Below the pieces are notes generated by a model that did not search any database, had not been told where the DNA came from, and saw only the letters and a program-made list of their open reading frames with translations. This document shows, one piece after another, positions 1-13,524 of a DNA stretch of 64,000 nt. The translations under genes and the position numbers were made by a program. The DNA is taken from assembly GCF_009914755.1 (NCBI RefSeq), contig NC_060930.1. One strand, given 5' to 3'. This DNA comes from the human T2T-CHM13v2.0 reference genome, Homo sapiens. Numbering within the stretch: the stretch's first letter is position 1; each line of letters begins with the position of its first letter.

Positions 1-2540
1 CAATTCTGTATCTTTTAAGTGGAGCATTTAGACCATTTACATACAATGTTAGTATTGAGATGTGAGATGCCATTCCATTTATTATGCTATTTGTTGCCTG
101 TATACCTTATTTTTATTTTTTTAATGTATTTTTACTTTGTAGGTCTTGTAAGATTTATGCTTTAAAGAAGTTCTGTTTTGATGTGCTTCCAGGATTTGTT
201 CCAAGATTTAGAGCTCCTTTTAGCAGTTCTTTTGGGGTTGGCTTGGTAGTGTTTCTTTGAAAAAGACTATATCTTTCCTTCACTTATGAAGCTTAGTTTC
301 ACTGGGTACAAAATTCTTGGCTGGCAATTGTTTTGTTTGAGGAGGCTGAAGATAAGGCCCCAATCCCTTTTAGCTTGTAGGGTTTCTGCTGAGAAATCTG
401 CTGTTAATCTGATAGGTTTTTCTTTGTAGGTTACCTGGTGTTTTTGCCTCATAGGTCTTAAGATTCTTTCTTTCATCTTAACTTTAGATAACCTGATGAC
501 AATGTTCCTAGGTGATGATCTTTTTGCGATGAATTTCGCAGATGTTCTTTGAGCTTCTTGCATTTAGATTTCTATTTCTCTAGCAAGGCTGGGGAAGTTT
601 TCCTTGATTATTCCCCCAAATACATTTTCCAAACTTTTAGATTTCTCTTCTTCCTTAGGAATGCTGGTAATTCTTAGGTTTGGTCTTTAACGTAATCCCA
701 GACTTCTTGGAGGCTTTGTTCATATTTTTTTATTCTTTTTTCTTTGTTTTTGTTGGATTAGTTTAATTAGAACACCTTGTTTTTGAGCTCTGAAGTTCTT
801 TCTTCTGCTGGCTTGATTCTATTGCTGAGACTTTCCAGAGAATTTTGCATTTCTATAAGTGTGTCTATTGTTTCCTGAAATTTCTATTGTTCTTTATTTA
901 TGCTATTTCATTGAATATTTCTCCCCTCACTTCTTATATCATCTTTTTGACTTATTTACATTGGGCTTTGCCTTTTTCTGGTGCCTCCCTGATTAGCTTA
1001 ATAACTACCCTTTTGAATTCTTTTTCATGTGGATCAGGGATTTCTTCTTTATTTGGATCCATTGCTGGAGAGCTATTGTGAAACAAGTAGAACCTTGTTT
1101 TTTCATATTACCAGAGTTTGTTCTCTGGTTCCTTCTCATTTGGGTAGCCTCTGTCAAAGGGAAGTTCTAATGCTCAAGGCTATTGTTCAGTTCCTTTTGT
1201 CCCACAGGATATTTCCTTGATGTAGTACTCTCCCCATTTTCCTAGAGCCAAGCTGCAGTGATTGTTATCTCTCTTCTGAATCTAGCTATCCAGCAAGACT
1301 ACCAGGCTCTGGGCTGGTACTGGGGGTTGTCTGCAAAGAGTCCTGTGCTGTGAACCATCTATGGGCCTCTCAGCCATGGATACCAGCACTTGCTCCTGTG
1401 GAGGTGGGAGGGGGTAAAATGGACTCTATGAGGATCCTTAGCTTTCGTTGACTGGTGCACTATTTTTGTGCTGATTGGGCTCCTGCTGGTAGCTGGCGCT
1501 TTCAAGAGAGCATCAGTTATGGTAGTATGGGGAGGAACAGGTGGTGGGCAGGACCCTAGAACATCCAAGAGTATATGTTCTTTTTCTTCAGTTACCAGGG
1601 TGGGTAGGGAAGGACCATTAAGTGGGGGCAGGGCTGAGTATGTCTGAACTCAAACTCTACTTGGGCAGGCCTTACTGTGGCTGCTGTGGGGGTTGGGGGT
1701 GGTTTCCAGGTCAATGGACTTATGTTCCTGGGAGGATTATGGCTGCCTTTGCTGTGTCTTGCAGGTTGTCAGGGAAGTGGGGAAAGCCAGCAGTCACAGT
1801 TCTCACCCAGTTCCCATGCAACCCAAAGAGACTGTCTCATTCCCACCTTGTCCCCAACAACAGCACCAAGTCTGTTTCCAGGCAGTGGGCGAGCAGGGCT
1901 GAGAACTTGCCCCAGGCTACCTGCCTCCCAGCTGTGAAAATAAATAGGACTTTCCTTCTTTTCCCACCTGTGGAGTCTGTACACTGGATTAATACCTTCC
2001 CCCAAGTTCTGGCCAGGAGACTTCTTGATCAGTTCAAATTGTTAAAATGTTCAGCTGGAGGTTTCCTTCTCCCTTGGCCTTTTCCCAGTGCATCCAGCAG
2101 CCCTCCTCAAGGACCCCTGTGAGGCAAGGCAGAAATGGCTTGGTAGGGGACCCAGCGAGCCTACAGGGATTTTTCTGCTGCTTCCTCTACCCCTGTATTT
2201 CACTTGGCTCTCTAAACTGACTCAACTCCAGGTAAGGTCAGAATCTTCTCCTGTAATCTAGACCTTCAGGTTCCCCAGTGGGGGATGTGTGTTTTGGGGT
2301 GGACGATCTCCCTTTCCCACTTCCATAGTTTGGGCACTCACAGTATTTGGGGTGTCTCCCGGGTCCTGCAGGAGCAATTTGCTTCCTTCAGAGGGTCTGT
2401 GGGTTCTCTTGGATTTCCTAATGTATTCCTGCAGACATTCTGGAGCAAAAGTTCATGATACAAGCCTCCACATACTGTTCTATCCATCTGAGTGGGAGCT
2501 GCAATCTAGTTCTGTCTCCCGTCTGCCATGATCCCCAGAA
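1..2540 (-). mobile_element. LINE-1 5' portion (5'UTR, degraded ORF1, start of ORF2), older primate L1PA13-16/L1PREC2-like; continues past the left edge
   Basis: ORF 267..563(-) is L1 ORF1p-like (SSPRNIVIRLSKV...PIRLTADFSAETLQAKRDWG). The reverse complement of 1-66 resembles the ORF2 endonuclease start (SILTL.VNGLNAPLKRYR). The 5' end on the minus strand reads GGGGATCATGGCAGACGGGAGACAGAACTAGATTGCAGCTCCCAC. Confidence 0.92.
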
Positions 2541-4377
2541 GTTCTAGTGTTTTGTTTTCTATATTGGTGTGAGCACTATAAGCATCAAGAGTTTATATAT
2601 TTCCTCATGCTTAATCTATTTTATGATATAATAAAATGTAATCTGACAATAGGGTTTTCTGTCCCCCCCCCCCCCATTAAAATGGATCTTGCATTCTTCT
2701 AATTTGGGAAATATGGTACTAAGAGTACTGAGGAGGACAGTTTGAAAACCACTAATCTAGTTTGTCTTTTTGTAGTGGTAAATGGGACATTTTTTAAGTC
2801 ACACCACCAGATTCTCTATATCCTAAAGGAAGAGCCATGGCACAGTGCTTTACTTTGAGAAATTCCATCTCCATGACTGTATGAACCTCTGTATACTCTG
2901 TCTTTCCAATCCCTGTTTTCTGGTCTTTGTGGGATCCCAATGGCTGTAGAAATGTGCATGTGTGTGAGAATGAAAAGGAAGAAGAAAAAAGATGAAGAAG
3001 CACAGAAGCAGTGGTGAGATTACTTTCAGTTTCCTAATTAATGCATATAGTTGGGTAAATGGGTCAAGAGACAAAAAAAAGTAAACAACAAACAACAACT
3101 TTCTTCCTAGCTGTTCTAGGCAATTAAGATTTCTCTCTTTTATGTAGTAGCACTTAATTAGTACTCTTATATACACATTTTTCAAACTTGTTTTATTGAT
3201 AAAATAGTTTTATATGTGTGTGTGAGAGAGATAACATTCACATATATTAACACAAGTGTATATGTAGGTTTTATTTTCATACCGATGTATACATGCATAC
3301 ACACATATATTTTATACTAAATAAATATATACTTCCAAATGGAAAATTAAAATTTTTTTTAATACATATATACTTTATATTGGCATCTGCCAATAAAGTG
3401 AGGTTAAACTCTAATTCAATTAAGAAATGCGGTTGCTTAGTGCAAATTTTTTAAATGAAGTGTGGACATAAGCTCTGAGGTTTGTGAGTTTGAGAAAAAC
3501 ATAAATCTTAAGAAGGTGACATATTCCACTGTTCTGAAATCTGTTGAGAAAAATGAGATGGAGACACGAATAACAAAGGCTAAAAGATACAGTTAGAAAA
3601 TATTATATTCTATAAAGTTCTAGAAGCATATAAAAATATTCCAAATACAATAATATCTCCCTTACTATAAACCTGTTTTCTAAACTCCTTGTATTTCAAG
3701 TTTTATTTTAGGCATTTGGATTTTTTTTCTTTTAAAAATAGAAAATTAATATAATGGGAATCTACAATCAAATAAAAATTAATTTAACAATAGGCAATCA
3801 ATGAGCACCCATTACATACCTGGTATAGTGCTGGAAGTTGATGGCAAAAATATTAAAAAGATATGGTGTCAGCATTAAAAAATCTTACAGTTTACCTGGG
3901 AAAACAAACACATGTGAAGGAGTCAAATCACTTTATAAATATGGCCTTTTGATCACTTAGCTGAAACATATTTTTTGGGGGGCAGGGGGTGAACTGTAGA
4001 GGACTTTTGCTCTGTTAAATCTCTAGCTTTTATCAGTCTGTACTGAATATTTACACCAAAATAACAGATACAGCAATCCCTTTTCATGCTTCTTTCTCAT
4101 TTTCTTTTTTTTTTTACTGAGTCTAGCTTTAATCTAAAATTTCCTTTCTAGCTATTGCCATCATTTTTCTCTCTGAAGTTGCTCCGGCCTCTCTTTTCTT
4201 ATCAGGCTCACATATGTCAGTCTTCACCTCCCACTGCATTTCTTGCCCTCTAAACTGACTTTTTACATTTGGCTCTTTGTTTTGCATGTGCTTTCAAATT
4301 AGACATTTTCTTTTATTTTCTTTAAAATACATTTTTATTGACATTTACTTATAGCCAATATACACCTGAAAAAGTAT

Positions 4378-4480
4378 TTTTAATAGCTTTATTGAATTAT
4401 AATTGATACTAAAAAATGCACATATTTAGAGTATATAATTTTATAAGTTTGGGTATATGCCTACACCCATGAAACCATCG
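4378..4480 (-). mobile_element. Old L1M (L1MB-like) 3'-end fragment
   Basis: TTTTAATAGCTTTATTGAATTATAATTGATA...CACCCATGAAACCATC resembles reverse-complemented L1MB 3' ends. Confidence 0.55.
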
Positions 4481-4605
4481 TCTGAGCTCCGGTCTCATTC
4501 ATCAAAATATCAAATCTCTCCTTTTTGGTGCTGAAAGGGTGTAGAACAGAATTGTAGTTTGTTTTTTTTCTTCTGCCCACAAACTGTAGACTTCCTCATA
4601 TTCTT

Positions 4606-5058
<453 letters not shown>

Positions 5059-5139
5059 TAAGATTCCTTCTTTTTTTCTAACTCTATTTTACCTCGAATC
5101 CAAATTTAGCCCTCATGGCTGTATGATAAAGGAACTTCA

Positions 5140-5872
5140 AACTGGACCACTTGTCACTACTGCAATTAGTACTAGCTTTGTTCCAGTCACTCTTTACCAA
5201 GCTACTTGAATCACTCTAATTTCTTAATGGTCTCCAGTTTTCTACATTTGCTTTTCTATAGTGTATTCTCTTCAGTCTTTCCTTCTCAGCCAGAAGCATA
5301 TTCATTATAAACACATGTAATTATATCACTCCTCTGGTCTAGCACTCTAAACTTGGCCTCCCCGACTCATTTAAAATAAAGATCGGAATCCTTGCTAAGC
5401 CCTACGGGGTCCTACATGATCTGGCCCCAAAAATTCCTCTGCTCTCCCTCTTTCTACTCATCCCCCTCCTTCCATGCACTAGACTGCCTTCTTTCAGTTT
5501 CTCAAACACCTTGAGGCCATTCTTATCTCAGAGCTTTAACATTGGCTCTTCTCCTGCCTGGAAAACTCTTCCAATGGCCTTTATATCATTTAGGCCTCAT
5601 CAATGGTAAGCTTCCCAGAGATGCCTTCCCCGCACACACTTTTACCAATAGCACTGCTCAGCATGTTCTATCCCCTTACTCCACTTAGCTATCATCATAG
5701 TATTTATAACAGCATAAAATTATATCATTTATTTATTTGCATTTTTTATCTCTCCTCCTCCTGCTAGAGGGCTTTCCCCATAAGACAGAGACGACTTAGA
5801 TCATGTTTGCTTTTCCTTTGACAACAATAAGGCTGATACATGGTAGACAGTCAAAATATTGTTGAATGAATA
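5140..5872 (+). mobile_element. L2 LINE 3' fragment
   Basis: CTACATGATCTGGCCCC, CTCCTGCCTGGAA and a terminal AATATTGTTGAATGAAT, typical of the L2 3' end. Confidence 0.75.
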
Positions 5873-6078
5873 GTTGTTGTTTCTATGGCTTTATTAGTGG
5901 AATAAAGAATATCATTTATGGAATTTAAAATACTTATAGAATTGTTCTGTATAGAATATGCTAGTATTCACTTTTCATACGTATAAAATATTTCATATAT
6001 CTTTCTATATTTCTCAATATAATTTCCTAATTTTAATATATGATATTTAATATCTACCTTTCATTTACATTTTTTCTT

Positions 6079-7254
6079 TTTTTATTATACTTTAAGTTCT
6101 AGTGTACACATGCACAACATGCAGGTTTATTACATAAGTATACATGTGCCATGTTGGTTTGCTGTACCCATCAACTCATCATTTACATTAAGTATTTCTC
6201 GTAATGCTATCCCTCCTCCAGCCTCCCTCCCCCTAACAGGCCCTGGTGTATGATGTTCCCCACCCTGTGTCCATGTGTTCTCATTGTTGAACTCCCACTT
6301 ATGAGTGAGAATATGCAGTGTTTGATTTTCTCTCCTTGTGATAGTTGGCTTAGAATGATGGTTTCCAGCTTCATCCATGTCCCTGCAAAGGACATGAACT
6401 CATCCTTTTTTATGGCTGCATAATATTCCATGGTGCATATATGCCGCATTTTCTTTATCCAGTCTATCATTGATGGACATTTGGATTGGTTCCAAGTCTT
6501 TGCTATTGTGAATAGTGCCACAATAAACATATGTGTGCATATGTCTTTACAGTAGCATGATTTATAATCCTTTGGGTATATACTCAGTAATGGGATCAGT
6601 GGGTCAAATGGTATTTCTAGTTCTAGATCCTTGAGGAATCGCTACACTGTCTTCCACAATGGCTGAACTAATTTACACTTCCACCAACCCTGTAAAATTT
6701 TTCCTGTTCCTCCACATACTCTCCAGCATCTGTTGTTTCCTGACTTTTTAATGATCGCCATTCTAACTGGCGTGAGACGGTATCTCATTGTGGTTTTGAT
6801 TTGCATTTCTCTGATGACCAGTGATGATGAGTATTTTTTCATGTGTCTGTTGGCTGCATAAATGTCTTCTTTTGAGAAGTGTCTGTTCATATACTTTGCC
6901 TACTTTTTGATGGGGTTGTTTGCTTTTTTCTTGTAAATTTGTTTAAGCTCCTTGCAGATTCTGGATAGTAGCCCTTTGTCAGATGAGTAGGTTGTGAAAA
7001 TATTTTCCCATTCTGTAGGTTGACTGTTCACTCTGATGATAGTTTCTTTTGCTGTGCAGAAGCTCTTTAGTTAAATTAGATCCCCCATTTGTCAATTTTG
7101 GCTTTTGTTGCCATTGCTTTTGGTGTTTTAGTCATGAAGTCTTTGCCCATGTCTGTGTCCTGAATGGTATTGCCTAGGTTTTCTTCTAGGGCTTTTATGG
7201 TTTTAGGTCTTACATTTAGGTCTTTACTCCATCTTGAGTTAATTTTTGTATAAA
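6079..7254 (-). mobile_element. 5'-truncated L1PA (about L1PA7/8) 3' end
   Basis: TTTTATTATACTTTAAGTTCTAG start. ORFs 6207..6530 and 6642..6890 are ORF2 C-terminal fragments ([19 protein letters not shown]..., GNNRCWR). Flanked by a long duplication (see findings). Confidence 0.95.
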
Positions 7255-7739
7255 GAGTTAATATTTGGTATCAATTTTAATATGTGATATATAATATCAA
7301 CATTTCATTTACATTTTTTCTTAATTATTTAATAATGGCATTGGTAACATTATGGAAGGGAGATATATCTTTAAATGCTCATTTTAATCCATGCTGTTGC
7401 TAAGTCTTATATACATTACCCACATTACCAAATTTTCTTCATTTTATTTCTATTAAGAGTATCTTTAATATTCTACATATATGTGCAGCAGCTTCATTTT
7501 CAAATTCTCTTATTAATTTTCTTTTTTATTAACAAAATATCTTTAATATTCTTTTTTCTCTATATATTTGTAAACGAATATGTCTCTTCCAAATTTTATA
7601 TCAAAAATTTATCTTTCTGATTGCATAGATTAAAAGTATCAAAACGAAATAAGCATCATGTAAAATGTTGTTCAGTTTCAAAATAACTGAGCATCATGTG
7701 AATGTCTTGAATATTTTCTGTTCCTGTGTCTTCTTTACT

Positions 7740-7950
7740 ACTTTCTTTTCTATTAGATGAATATTCTCTAGTGTAGCATTTTAATTCCTTTAATAATTAT
7801 ATTTTTAAAATTATTTTCTTAGTGGTTTCTCTAGGGTTTACAATAATAATCTTAACTTATCTATATCTACCTCAGCACCATATTAACATAATCTAGTGAT
7901 ACGTAGAAACTTTGCTTCTATATAGTTTCAATTGCTTATTATTTTTATGC
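7740..7950 (-). mobile_element. Old L1M fragment
   Basis: TTTTCTTAGTGGTTTCTCTAGGGTTTACAATA...ATCTTAACTTATC resembles antisense L1M inter-ORF sequence. Confidence 0.45.
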
Positions 7951-8042
7951 TTTGTTATTAGTGATTAACAGAAAACCAAAGATGTTCAAAGTCCTTCAAA
8001 TCTGGCAGTATTCTATTGCTAAACTCTATAGGATTTGTAGAA

Positions 8043-8341
8043 TTTTATTTTATTTTTTTTCAGATGGAGTCTTGCTCTGTCACCCATGCTGGAGGGCAGT
8101 GGCGCGATCTCGGCTCACTGCAAGTTCCGCCTCCCGGGTTCAAGCCATTCTCCGCCTCAGCCTCCCAAGTAGCTGGGACTACAGGCGCCTGCCACCACGC
8201 CCAGCTAATTTTTTGGTATTTTTAGTGGAGATGGGGTTTCACCATGTTAGCCAGGATGGTCTTGATCTCCTGACCTTGTAATCCGCCTGCCTCGGCCTCC
8301 CAAAGTGCTGGGATTACAAGTGTGCGCCACTGCACCGGGCC
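8043..8341 (-). mobile_element. AluY/AluSc-like SINE
   Basis: Full dimer with CTGCAAGTTCCGCCTCCCGGG and TTAGCCAGGATGGTCT diagnostics. Confidence 0.93.
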
Positions 8342-8681
8342 AGCAAAGGACTTTTAAGAATTTTTTCTGCCTTACCTTGTTGAAAATCTGAAGTTTTTCT
8401 ATATTTCTACATTTAATAATAAGTCTGATGTTCAAATAATCTCGTCAGAAATCTTCTTTCTTTGGCATTGACTTCATTCTCAAGTAGGACATCAACCAGT
8501 ATCTTCAGGCTTGCAAAAAAACAATTTATTATCTCTGTGGGGGGGTGGGGGGGAGTCCCCAATAGGTCCAGTTGAGGTCCCTGCATCTGTGGTTTTTGTC
8601 CTAGATTAGGTTATATGAACATCTTAGAACCAACATTGGAGCCAGGAAAATGAATTGCTCTGAGTGACCTGGTTGGGAACA

Positions 8682-9474
8682 TGTTACCCAACTGAACTCA
8701 GGTGTGCCTGCTCAAGGCAGTAAAGCCAAACATGGTCATTGGTATTGAAGTGACAGAAACTGAGACATTTATTGGAGAGCACCAAGTAAGGAGAGTTGGA
8801 CAGATAATGTTTAAGACCCAAACTCCCATATGGCTTATAAGATAAGGGCTTTTAAAGATTGAGAGGCAGAGGTTATGGGCAAAGTTATAAGTCAACATAG
8901 AGGGGCTACACGTTGTTTTGACCTAAAGTGGTGAGACATCTCAAAGCGAGGAACCACAGGTCCACAAGTTATAGGTGGATTTAGATTTTTTGATTTGAGA
9001 TTGGTTACGGAAGTGAAACTTTGTCTAAAAATTTGGAATTAGCAGAAGATAAAGTTTTCTCTGGCTCATGAGAGTGACTTTTTTGGGCCTCCACAGGAAG
9101 AAATTTAGAACAAAGGAAAGTGGTCAGAGTTTAGTCTTCATCTCTCTCTTATTTGAGGTCTATGTGTCAACACATAAAGACATAAACCTCCTTATCTGAG
9201 ATATATGTTTGGTGGGGGTCTGGGTTTTTTGAAAAACAGCTCAGGGACGTATGTTAAGATGTTATCTTCAGTTTTTATAGGGAATTATTCTTGTGACTCT
9301 GTTATATTTTGGCTATTATTTTAAGCTACTGTTATCTTTTTGTTATTTATTTTGTGGGGCTTGCTAGGTGTCTGGAATTTCCTTTGAAAAAATTCGAGAT
9401 TTTTTTTTTTTTAATTTTCGTGTTTGGGAGGGGATACCTAGCACCTTCCTAAGAGGGGTCCCTGTTTCATTTCA
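8682..9474 (-). mobile_element. ERV1-class solo LTR (MER31/MER4-group-like)
   Basis: TG...CA ends (TGTTACCCAACTGAACTC...GTTTCATTTCA). TTTATT (minus-strand AATAAA) lies near 8768, followed by GCACCAAGTAAGGAGAG...TTAAGACCCAAACTCCC, matching my recall of this LTR group. Confidence 0.7.
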
Positions 9475-9699
9475 ATGTCTACCATAATTGTGGATTAGGA
9501 GTGGTGCAAGCTCTCTGAATTACGGGGGTTAAGAACAGGAAGAAATGCTTTCCCCAAAAATTGGAATTATTACTTACATGAAGAATGAATGAGTCCTTGT
9601 AAGACAAAATCAACAGATGTGATCTATGTATAAGCTTATATTATTATTTAATACATAAACCAGGAAACTTTTGAGGGTGAAAGTTTTAACAAAAACTAT

Positions 9700-10168
9700 T
9701 TTTTAAGAGGCATTAGTCATCAAAATAAGTGAGTCTTAAACTTATACTGACTTGTAAAACAGAAGAACTAGATGAAACTGACATACAACACAAACTAAAT
9801 TCCAATTGAACATCAACAGTTCAGACCCATATATTCCAAGTTAAAATAAAAGAGAAACTGATATAACAGGACTTAACGTGTTCCAAAGCCCACTGACTGG
9901 TTGAGCAACTTCAGTAGTTTACAAATTCTCACCAATCTCTGCTAGATCTTCCTTACTAACTTTTTCCCTAAAACCACTCTATATGACTAACTTCAACCTT
10001 CAAATTCCCTAAAACCACTCTATATGACTAACTGCAACCTCAAATTCCTCTTTTGAGACACTTCTGAGACTCTGCCAAAGCAGTGCTCTCCTATGTTCAA
10101 CACATTTAATAAATTCGGCTTCATATGGTCAACAGCTTTCACTAATGGTCTTTGTAAGGAGACTTCAT
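9700..10168 (+). mobile_element. Degenerate ERV LTR remnant containing a 41-bp tandem duplication
   Basis: CCAAT, TATA-like and AATAAA (10108) motifs in LTR order; family not assignable. Confidence 0.45.
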
Positions 10169-10199
10169 GATGCCCAGGAAAGTGCCTAGACTTTTAAAG

Positions 10200-11530
10200 T
10201 GAAAACATGGAGTTTGGTGTGGCTGAAGCTGAGTGAATAAGAAGGAGTATAGTGGGAAATAACGTGAGAAGGTAAGAGGTGCACACCATGGAAAGCCTTA
10301 CTGGCCATTTTAAGGATTGATGTTATTGTAAGTGAAAAGTGAGTCACTGAAAGATTTTGAGAAGAGAAATGATATGCATTTACTTCATGTCAAAGGTCTT
10401 GCTCTAGCTGTTGAGCTAGGAATAGAATATAGGAGGACAAAGGTGGAAGAAAGTTGGCCAGTTAAAAAGCTATTGAAATAATCAAGGCAAGAGATAGTGA
10501 TAGATCAGCTAATGTCATAGCAGTAGAGACAGTGCAAGAATATCAGACTTTGGGTATATTTTCTAAGTGTGGACCAGTGCGATTTACTAATGAGCTAGAT
10601 GTGGGAATAAGAGAAAAAGAAGAGTCAGGGATGATTCCAAAGTTTATGACCACAGCAACTAGAAGGATAAAATTGCCACTTCCTTCTTGGAAAAGACTGG
10701 CACATTACAGGCTTGTGAGAGAATTTGAGTAAATTGGTTTTGGACATTACTATGGGAAGAATTGTGGTCTTCTCAAAATTCATGTTGTGAACACCTAGCC
10801 CCCCACATAAATTGTAAGTTTACGTGGATATAGGGCCTTGAAAGAGATAATTCAGTTAAAATGAAGTGATTGGGATGGGCCCTAATCCAATGACTGGTGT
10901 CATAGATGAGGATATTAGGACACAGACACACACAGAGAGAAGGCAGCCATCTACAAGCCAAAAAGAGAGGTCTCAGAAGAAACCAACCCTACTGATACCT
11001 TGATCTTGAATTTCTAGTTTCCAGAATTGTGAGAAAAATGAATTTCTATTGTTTAATCCACCCAGATTGTGTTGCTTTATTATGGCAGCCCTAGCAAACT
11101 TGGGAGTCATTGTCATACAGAGGGTATTTAAGGATATTAAACTGGGTGAGGTTACAAGGAGAATGACTGCAGATAAAGAATAGAAGGAATCCAAGAAACA
11201 AGCCCTGCAAAATTTCACTTTTAGAGGCTGGAGATAAGAATAAAAATGTCTCAACAAAAGAAACTGTGAAAGAGTGACCAGTCAGGAAATTAACAGATTG
11301 AAATATCCTGGAAACCAAGTCAAGAAATTGTTTTCTATACAAAGGAGTAATTAATTAATTGTTTTAAATGCCCCTGATTGTGCAACAGGTTGAAGATTGT
11401 GAATTTTTAATTATATTCAGAAATGTGGAGATCATCGGTGACACTATCAAGGAAACTTTGATGAAATAGGAGAGGAAGTAAAAGTCTAATTAAAATAGAT
11501 TTAAAGTGGAGAATGAGAGATGTGGAATTG
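10200..11530 (-). mobile_element. L2 fragments interrupted by an MLT1 LTR
   Basis: GGCCATTTTAAGGA, GAGAAAAAGAAGAGTCAGGGATGATTCCAAAG and TGGGAGTCATT are antisense L2 motifs on both sides of the LTR. Confidence 0.7.
10748..11100 (+). mobile_element. MaLR LTR (MLT1A/B-like)
   Basis: GGCAGCCATCTACAAGCCAA, GAAACCAACCCTACTGATACCTTGATCTTG and TTATGGCAGCCCTAGCAAACT. Confidence 0.85.
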
Positions 11531-12239
11531 AGACTAATTTATCTTTTTGTTTTATTATGTGCCTAGCACAGAAGTCTCATTGAATCTATATATTAGATCT
11601 TTTAAAAATAAATGTTTTTATCTGATTTCCAAATCTGCAAAGCTGAAGCACAGAGCCTTCATGGAAGTGATCTTTTAAAATACCTTGAGAAGTTCCCTGC
11701 TGAGTTTCTCAGAAACCTTTCAAAACATTAGTCATGACATGCTTTTATAGAGAAATTTACTTGTAGAGTAGCATCCCTATCAATAATGTAATATCAGAAT
11801 GTGCTTCAAATTTTGTTTACTATAAAGAAGTAATAACTTCTTTAGGTAATTATTTGCTGTTTTTCATTTGATACTTTAATGGATTTCCTCAGAGCACAAA
11901 TAAATTACATTAAATAATTTCAACTGAAGAATTGGTTATATAAATTAGATTTACTAGTAAATCCTATTAATATGCCTTTTTATATCAAGACATAAAGGCA
12001 TTGTTTTAGAGATACAGACTTTCAAGAGAATGAAAACATTATCTAATGCCATATGGAACTTTTCTGTAACCTAGTAGCTTTAACTACATTAGGTTGTATC
12101 TGTTGGTTATTTAGTACATTTTAATAGCAATCTGAATAGTGACATTTTGGTTAATGCAATTTTCAGCTGATAACAAGTGGGTATTCTGTGGTTTATTTTT
12201 AAACTTTTTTCTTAGACGTTATTAACTCATTATTAAAAA

Positions 12240-13430
12240 CACTTTATTTTGTAAATAAACATAGTACACATATATATTTAGGAGGTACATAAGTGATATT
12301 TTGATATATACAATGTGCAGTGACCAAATCAGGGCAATATGCATATCTGGCACCTAAAATAGTAATCATTTCTTTGCGTTGGGAACATTCAATATCCTCT
12401 CTTCTAGCTATCTGAAAATATATAATAAATTATTGTTAACTATAGTCAGCCTCTAGTGCTATAGAACACTAGAACTTATTCCTCCTATCTAATTGTAATT
12501 TTATATTCCTTAACAGATCTATCCCTACCCTATCCTCAGTCCCACTTTCTCAGTCTCTAGTAAACATTAGTCTACTGCTTACTTCTGTGAGAGCAACATT
12601 TTTAGCTTCTGCATATGAGTGAGAACGTGGCTTTCTCACTTTCTGTTTCTAGCTTATTTTACTTAACATAATGATCTCCAGGTTCATCCATGTTGCTGTG
12701 TATTTCATTCTTCCCCACGGCTAAACAGTATTCTATTGTGCATATATGCCATATTGTCTTTATCCATTCATCTGTTGATGGACGCAGGTTGATTCCATAT
12801 CTTAGCTATTGTGAGTTGTGCTGTAACAAACATGGGAGTGCAGATATCTCTTCAATACACTGATTTCCTTTTCTTTGGATATACACCCAGTAGTAGAATT
12901 GCTGGACCATATGATAGTTCTAGTTGTAGGTTTTTGAGGAAATTCCATATCATTCTCCATAATGGCTGTACCAGTTTACATTCCCTCCAATAGTATGTAA
13001 GAGTTCCTTTTTCTCCACATTCTCACTACCATTTTGTTGTTGTTGTTGTTGTTGTTGTTTTGTTTTGTTTTGTCTTTTTGGTAATAGCCATTTTAACTGG
13101 AGTGAGATGATATCTCATTGTGGTTTTGTTTGCATTTCCCTGAATGAAATGTTGTTAGGCATTTAAAAGATAAATTTGTTGTCCATTTGTATGTCTTCTT
13201 TTGAGAAATGTCTTCTCAGATTGTTTGTTCATTTTTAACTGAATTATTTGTGTGTTTGTTTGTTTTGCTGTTGAGTTGCTTGTGTTTCTTGTATATTCTG
13301 GATATTAATTCCTTGTTGGATAAAAAGTTTGTAAATATTTTCTCCCGTCCTTAAGTTGTCTTTTCATTCTGTTGATTTTTTCTTTTGGTGTGCAGAAACC
13401 TTTTAGTTTGATACAATTTCATTTGTCTAT
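12240..13430 (-). mobile_element. L1MA (about L1MA4-6) 3' end, 5'-truncated
   Basis: Antisense L1MA 3'UTR (GTTGGGAACATTCAATATCCTCTCTTCTAGCT) followed by ORF2 C-terminal sequence; (GTT)n at ~13035. Confidence 0.88.
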
Positions 13431-13524
13431 AAAATTAATACTTAAGAGACGATTGCAAACTAAAGACGTTTCTAATATTTAAGAGCAAAAAGAGGCTATA
13501 TGGTAGATGTTATTAATGTATCTT

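Noticed and set aside
1622-2122. 166-aa ORF and overlapping ORFs
   Set aside because: Antisense to the GC-richer L1 5'UTR with a non-ATG start and no recognisable domain; not identifiable as ORF0.
3378-3395. Palindrome TATTGGCA-TC-TGCCAATA as an NFI site
   Set aside because: Half-site spacing is 4 nt rather than the canonical 5, and an 8-bp stem is expected by chance in 64 kb.
4481-4605. Unique segment between an L1 fragment and an Alu as a possible retrocopy piece
   Set aside because: No recognisable protein similarity, poly(A) tail or TSD.
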